Positions 61,570 to 64,000 of a DNA stretch of 64,000 nucleotides are shown in pieces. The stretch covers positions 384,001 through 448,000 of the forward strand of contig CAVZYA010000002.1 of NCBI GenBank assembly GCA_963779415.1, read 5' to 3'. The stretch is from an uncultured Acidobacteriota bacterium. GTDB taxonomy: Bacteria > Acidobacteriota > Thermoanaerobaculia > UBA5066. The number at the start of each line of letters is the position of its first letter. Within the stretch, counting starts at the first letter, position 1. Position numbers and translations under genes: made by a program. Below the pieces are notes generated by a model that was given only the letters and a program-made list of their open reading frames with translations, searched no databases and was not told the origin of the DNA.

Positions 61570-62268
61570 ATGCGATCGGCGTACGAGGTCCGTTTCGTCG
61601 GCCCGCCGGGGTGGCGGCGCCTCCCTCCGGTGACGCGCGCGACGCTCGTCCTTGCGGCCGCCGGCTACCTCGCGTCGCTTCTCTTTCTGGAGAAGGCCCT
61701 GTGGCTCGCGGCCGTGCCCGAGCAGGTCTGGCCGGGCCTCGAGCTCTGGCGCCTCGTCACCTATCCGCTCGTGAACGTCGGGATCGTCTCGATCCTCTTC
61801 GCCCTCCTCCTCCTCTGGAGCTTCGGATCCGAGCTGGAGCCGGAGTGGGGCTCGCGTGGCTACGCCCTTTTTCTCTTCCTCGCCACGATCTCGGGCGGGG
61901 CGCTCGGCGTCGGAGCGGCGCTCCTCCTCGGCGGAGGCTTCGGGACGGGTTACGGCCTCGCCGGCCCCCTGACGGCCGTCATCGCGGCGTGGACGTTCGA
62001 GGGCCCGTCACGGCCGACGAATTTCTTCGGCGTTCTTCCGATGACGAGGCTCGTCTTTGGGGCGATTGCGGTCCTCGTCGTCGCATTCGGAGAGCTCGAG
62101 CAGACGCACTCGCTCGCGAGGCTCGTCTTCGTGCTCGGGGGATTACCCGTCGCCTGGGCTTTCGCGCGGCGACGGCCCGGAGGCGGTCGCCCGACACCGA
62201 GAATCCCGCGCTTTCTCCGCCGCCGGCGCTTCCGTGTCGTGGGGGGCGGCAACGGGCGCATCCACTGA
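61570..62268 (+). CDS. Rhomboid-superfamily membrane protein, probably non-catalytic
   Basis: WRLVTY, LW.FG.ELE..WG. The GxSG motif reads GLAG and no TM6 His is visible. Alternative start at 61516. Confidence 0.75.
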   Translation: MRSAYEVRFVGPPGWRRLPPVTRATLVLAAAGYLASLLFLEKALWLAAVPEQVWPGLELWRLVTYPLVNVGIVSILFALLLLWSFGSELEPEWGSRGYALFLFLATISGGALGVGAALLLGGGFGTGYGLAGPLTAVIAAWTFEGPSRPTNFFGVLPMTRLVFGAIAVLVVAFGELEQTHSLARLVFVLGGLPVAWAFARRRPGGGRPTPRIPRFLRRRRFRVVGGGNGRIH

Positions 62269-62286
62269 CCGCGTAGAATGGGCCGC

Positions 62287-62802
62287 ATGAGGCCTACGAT
62301 CAGCCCTCTCGAAGTCCGCAAGCGGAGCTTTTCCCGTGCCTTTCGCGGCTTCGACCGCCCGGAGGTCGAGCACTTTCTCGAGGCGCTCGCCGAGGACCTC
62401 GAGGAGCTGTTCCGCGCGCTCGACGAGCTGGAGCGCGAGAACGCGCGGCTCGGTGAGGAGGTCGCCCGGCACCGCGACACCGAGGCGACGCTGAAGGAGA
62501 CTCTCGTCCTCGCCCAGCGGTCGGCTGAGAACCTCCGCGCCACCACCGAGCAGGACGCCGAGCGGATCCTCCGCGAAGCCGAAAACAAGGGAGATGCGAT
62601 CCTCCGCCAGGCGATGGAGCGCGTTTCGGAGATGGAGCGCGCCATCCGCGAGCTTCGGGTCGAGCGGAAGAACTTCCACCTGAAGCTGCAGGGGATGATC
62701 GACATGTTCCAGCAGGTCCTCAACTTCGACAAGCAGGAGGACGAGCAGGACAAGTCCGTCTCGCTCTACCGGCCGAAGAAGCGCGAGGGGGATCCCGGCT
62801 GA
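62287..62802 (+). CDS. divIVA: DivIVA domain protein
   Basis: ISPLEV...F...FRGFD..EV..FL followed by a coiled coil. Confidence 0.88.
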   Translation: MRPTISPLEVRKRSFSRAFRGFDRPEVEHFLEALAEDLEELFRALDELERENARLGEEVARHRDTEATLKETLVLAQRSAENLRATTEQDAERILREAENKGDAILRQAMERVSEMERAIRELRVERKNFHLKLQGMIDMFQQVLNFDKQEDEQDKSVSLYRPKKREGDPG

Positions 62803-64000
62803 AGACCTCGGTCCGGCATCTCTCCGAGCTCGCGACGCCCGAAGGGGGGGCCGCGCGGGCGGGGACGGTGCAGGGAGCCGTTCGGCGCGTCCGGGACGCG
62901 GCCCTCCGGATCGAGAACGGGACGATCGTCTTTTCGGGGACGGACGAGGAGTTCGTCCGGAACTTCGGGGAAGAGCCCGCGGCGGGCGAGACGGTCCTCG
63001 ACGGGCGGGGGAAGACCGCCATCCCCGGCTTCGTCGACTCTCACACGCACCTTCCGTGGGCGGGCTTCCGCGAGGAGGAGTTCAACGAGCGGCTGAAGGG
63101 GCGGAGCTACGCGGAGATCGCTGCCTCCGGCGGGGGGATCGTCGCGACGGTCGCCGCCACGCGGCGCGCGACCGAGGAGGAGCTCGCGGCGAACGTCCGC
63201 GCCCGCCTCGACCGGATGCTTCTCCACGGCACGACGTTCTGCGAGGCGAAGACCGGCTACGGTCTCGAGCGGGGAGCCGAGGAGAAGCAGCTTCGCGCGA
63301 TCTTCCGCGGAAGCGAGGGGCACCCGGTCGGCGTCGTCGCGACGGCTCTCCCCGGCCACGAGGTCCCGCCGGAGCGCCGTGGCAACGCGGCCCTGAAGCG
63401 CCGGTACGTCGACGAAGTCGTCCAGGAGATCCTCCCGGCTCTCGCCGCCGCGGGGGCCCGCTTCGTCGACGTCTTCTGCGAGACGGGGGTCTTCGACCTC
63501 GCCGAGTCGCGCGAGATGCTGCTGGCCGGGAAAGCGCACGGGCTCCGTCCGCGCCTCCACGCGGACGAGCTTTCGCCGCTCGGCGGGGCCGAGCTGGCCG
63601 CCGAGGTCGGCGCTCTCTCGGCCGATCACCTCCTCTTCGTGACCGGGCGCGGGATCGACGCGTTGGCGGGCGCGGGAGTCGTCGCCACGCTCCTTCCGGG
63701 GACGTCGGTCTTCCTCCGGATGAACCGGTTCGCGCCGGCGCGGGCCCTCGTCGCGGCCGGCGTCCCGGTCGCCCTCGCGACGGACTGCAACCCCGGGTCG
63801 TCGTACACGGAGTCGCTCCCGGCCGTCGCGTTTTTCGCGGCCCTCGGGATGGGCCTCACCGTCGAGGAGACGCTCACGGCGATGACCTTGAACGGGGCGG
63901 CCTCGGTCGGCGAGGCGGCCGTCCGCGGCTCCCTCGAGAGCGGAAAACGGGGCGACGTCGTCCTCCTCGACGCCCCGACGGTCGCTCACCTCGTCTACCA
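62799..64000 (+). CDS. hutI: Imidazolonepropionase (partial, runs off window; CTG start inferred)
   Basis: My translation gives PGFVDSHTH, YAEIAASGGGI, EAKTGYGL, DVFCETG, HADE, SADHL, ATDCNPG. It is absent from the ORF track because there is no stop in the window. Confidence 0.92.
   Translation, partial: MKTSVRHLSELATPEGGAARAGTVQGAVRRVRDAALRIENGTIVFSGTDEEFVRNFGEEPAAGETVLDGRGKTAIPGFVDSHTHLPWAGFREEEFNERLKGRSYAEIAASGGGIVATVAATRRATEEELAANVRARLDRMLLHGTTFCEAKTGYGLERGAEEKQLRAIFRGSEGHPVGVVATALPGHEVPPERRGNAALKRRYVDEVVQEILPALAAAGARFVDVFCETGVFDLAESREMLLAGKAHGLRPRLHADELSPLGGAELAAEVGALSADHLLFVTGRGIDALAGAGVVATLLPGTSVFLRMNRFAPARALVAAGVPVALATDCNPGSSYTESLPAVAFFAALGMGLTVEETLTAMTLNGAASVGEAAVRGSLESGKRGDVVLLDAPTVAHLVY

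Overview
This is a very GC-rich bacterial chromosome segment spanning the replication origin. Gene content and order suggest a diderm, probably Acidobacteriota (Thermoanaerobaculia-like), which is an inference. Leftward from an AT-rich oriC (34.0-34.24 kb) run dnaN-recF-gyrB-gyrA, a degenerate transaldolase homolog plus DUF507, pdxR-pdxS-pdxT, and a dprA-topA-(insert)-trmFO-xerC-hslVU-lipoprotein-dapF block. dnaA lies just right of oriC on the minus strand. Rightward run rpmH-rnpA-yidD-yidC-mnmE-mnmG-rsmG-[parS]-parA-parB-bactofilin, the atp b'/b/delta/alpha/gamma/beta/epsilon genes and bshC-bshB1-bshA. These are followed by pgk-tpiA-secG-tRNA-Leu (minus strand) and mtnA-tsaD-rhomboid-like-divIVA-hutI. 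I saw no CRISPR array, prophage or IS. Single-base frameshifts at G/C homopolymers (dnaA, atpC, a C26 amidotransferase) look like long-read errors. The most interesting signals are: (1) a candidate ~97-nt sigma54-dependent sRNA with tandem anti-Shine-Dalgarno motifs after atpC; (2) a catalytically dead transaldolase coupled to DUF507 at the end of the gyrase operon; (3) a TPR-lipoprotein / CsgG-like / metalloprotease-propeller-Omp85 operon; (4) a duplicated bshA start with a switch-like RNA leader; (5) a diverged duplicate of the phzF 3' end flanking a DUF4197 insert; (6) a pervasive leaderless-mRNA signature.
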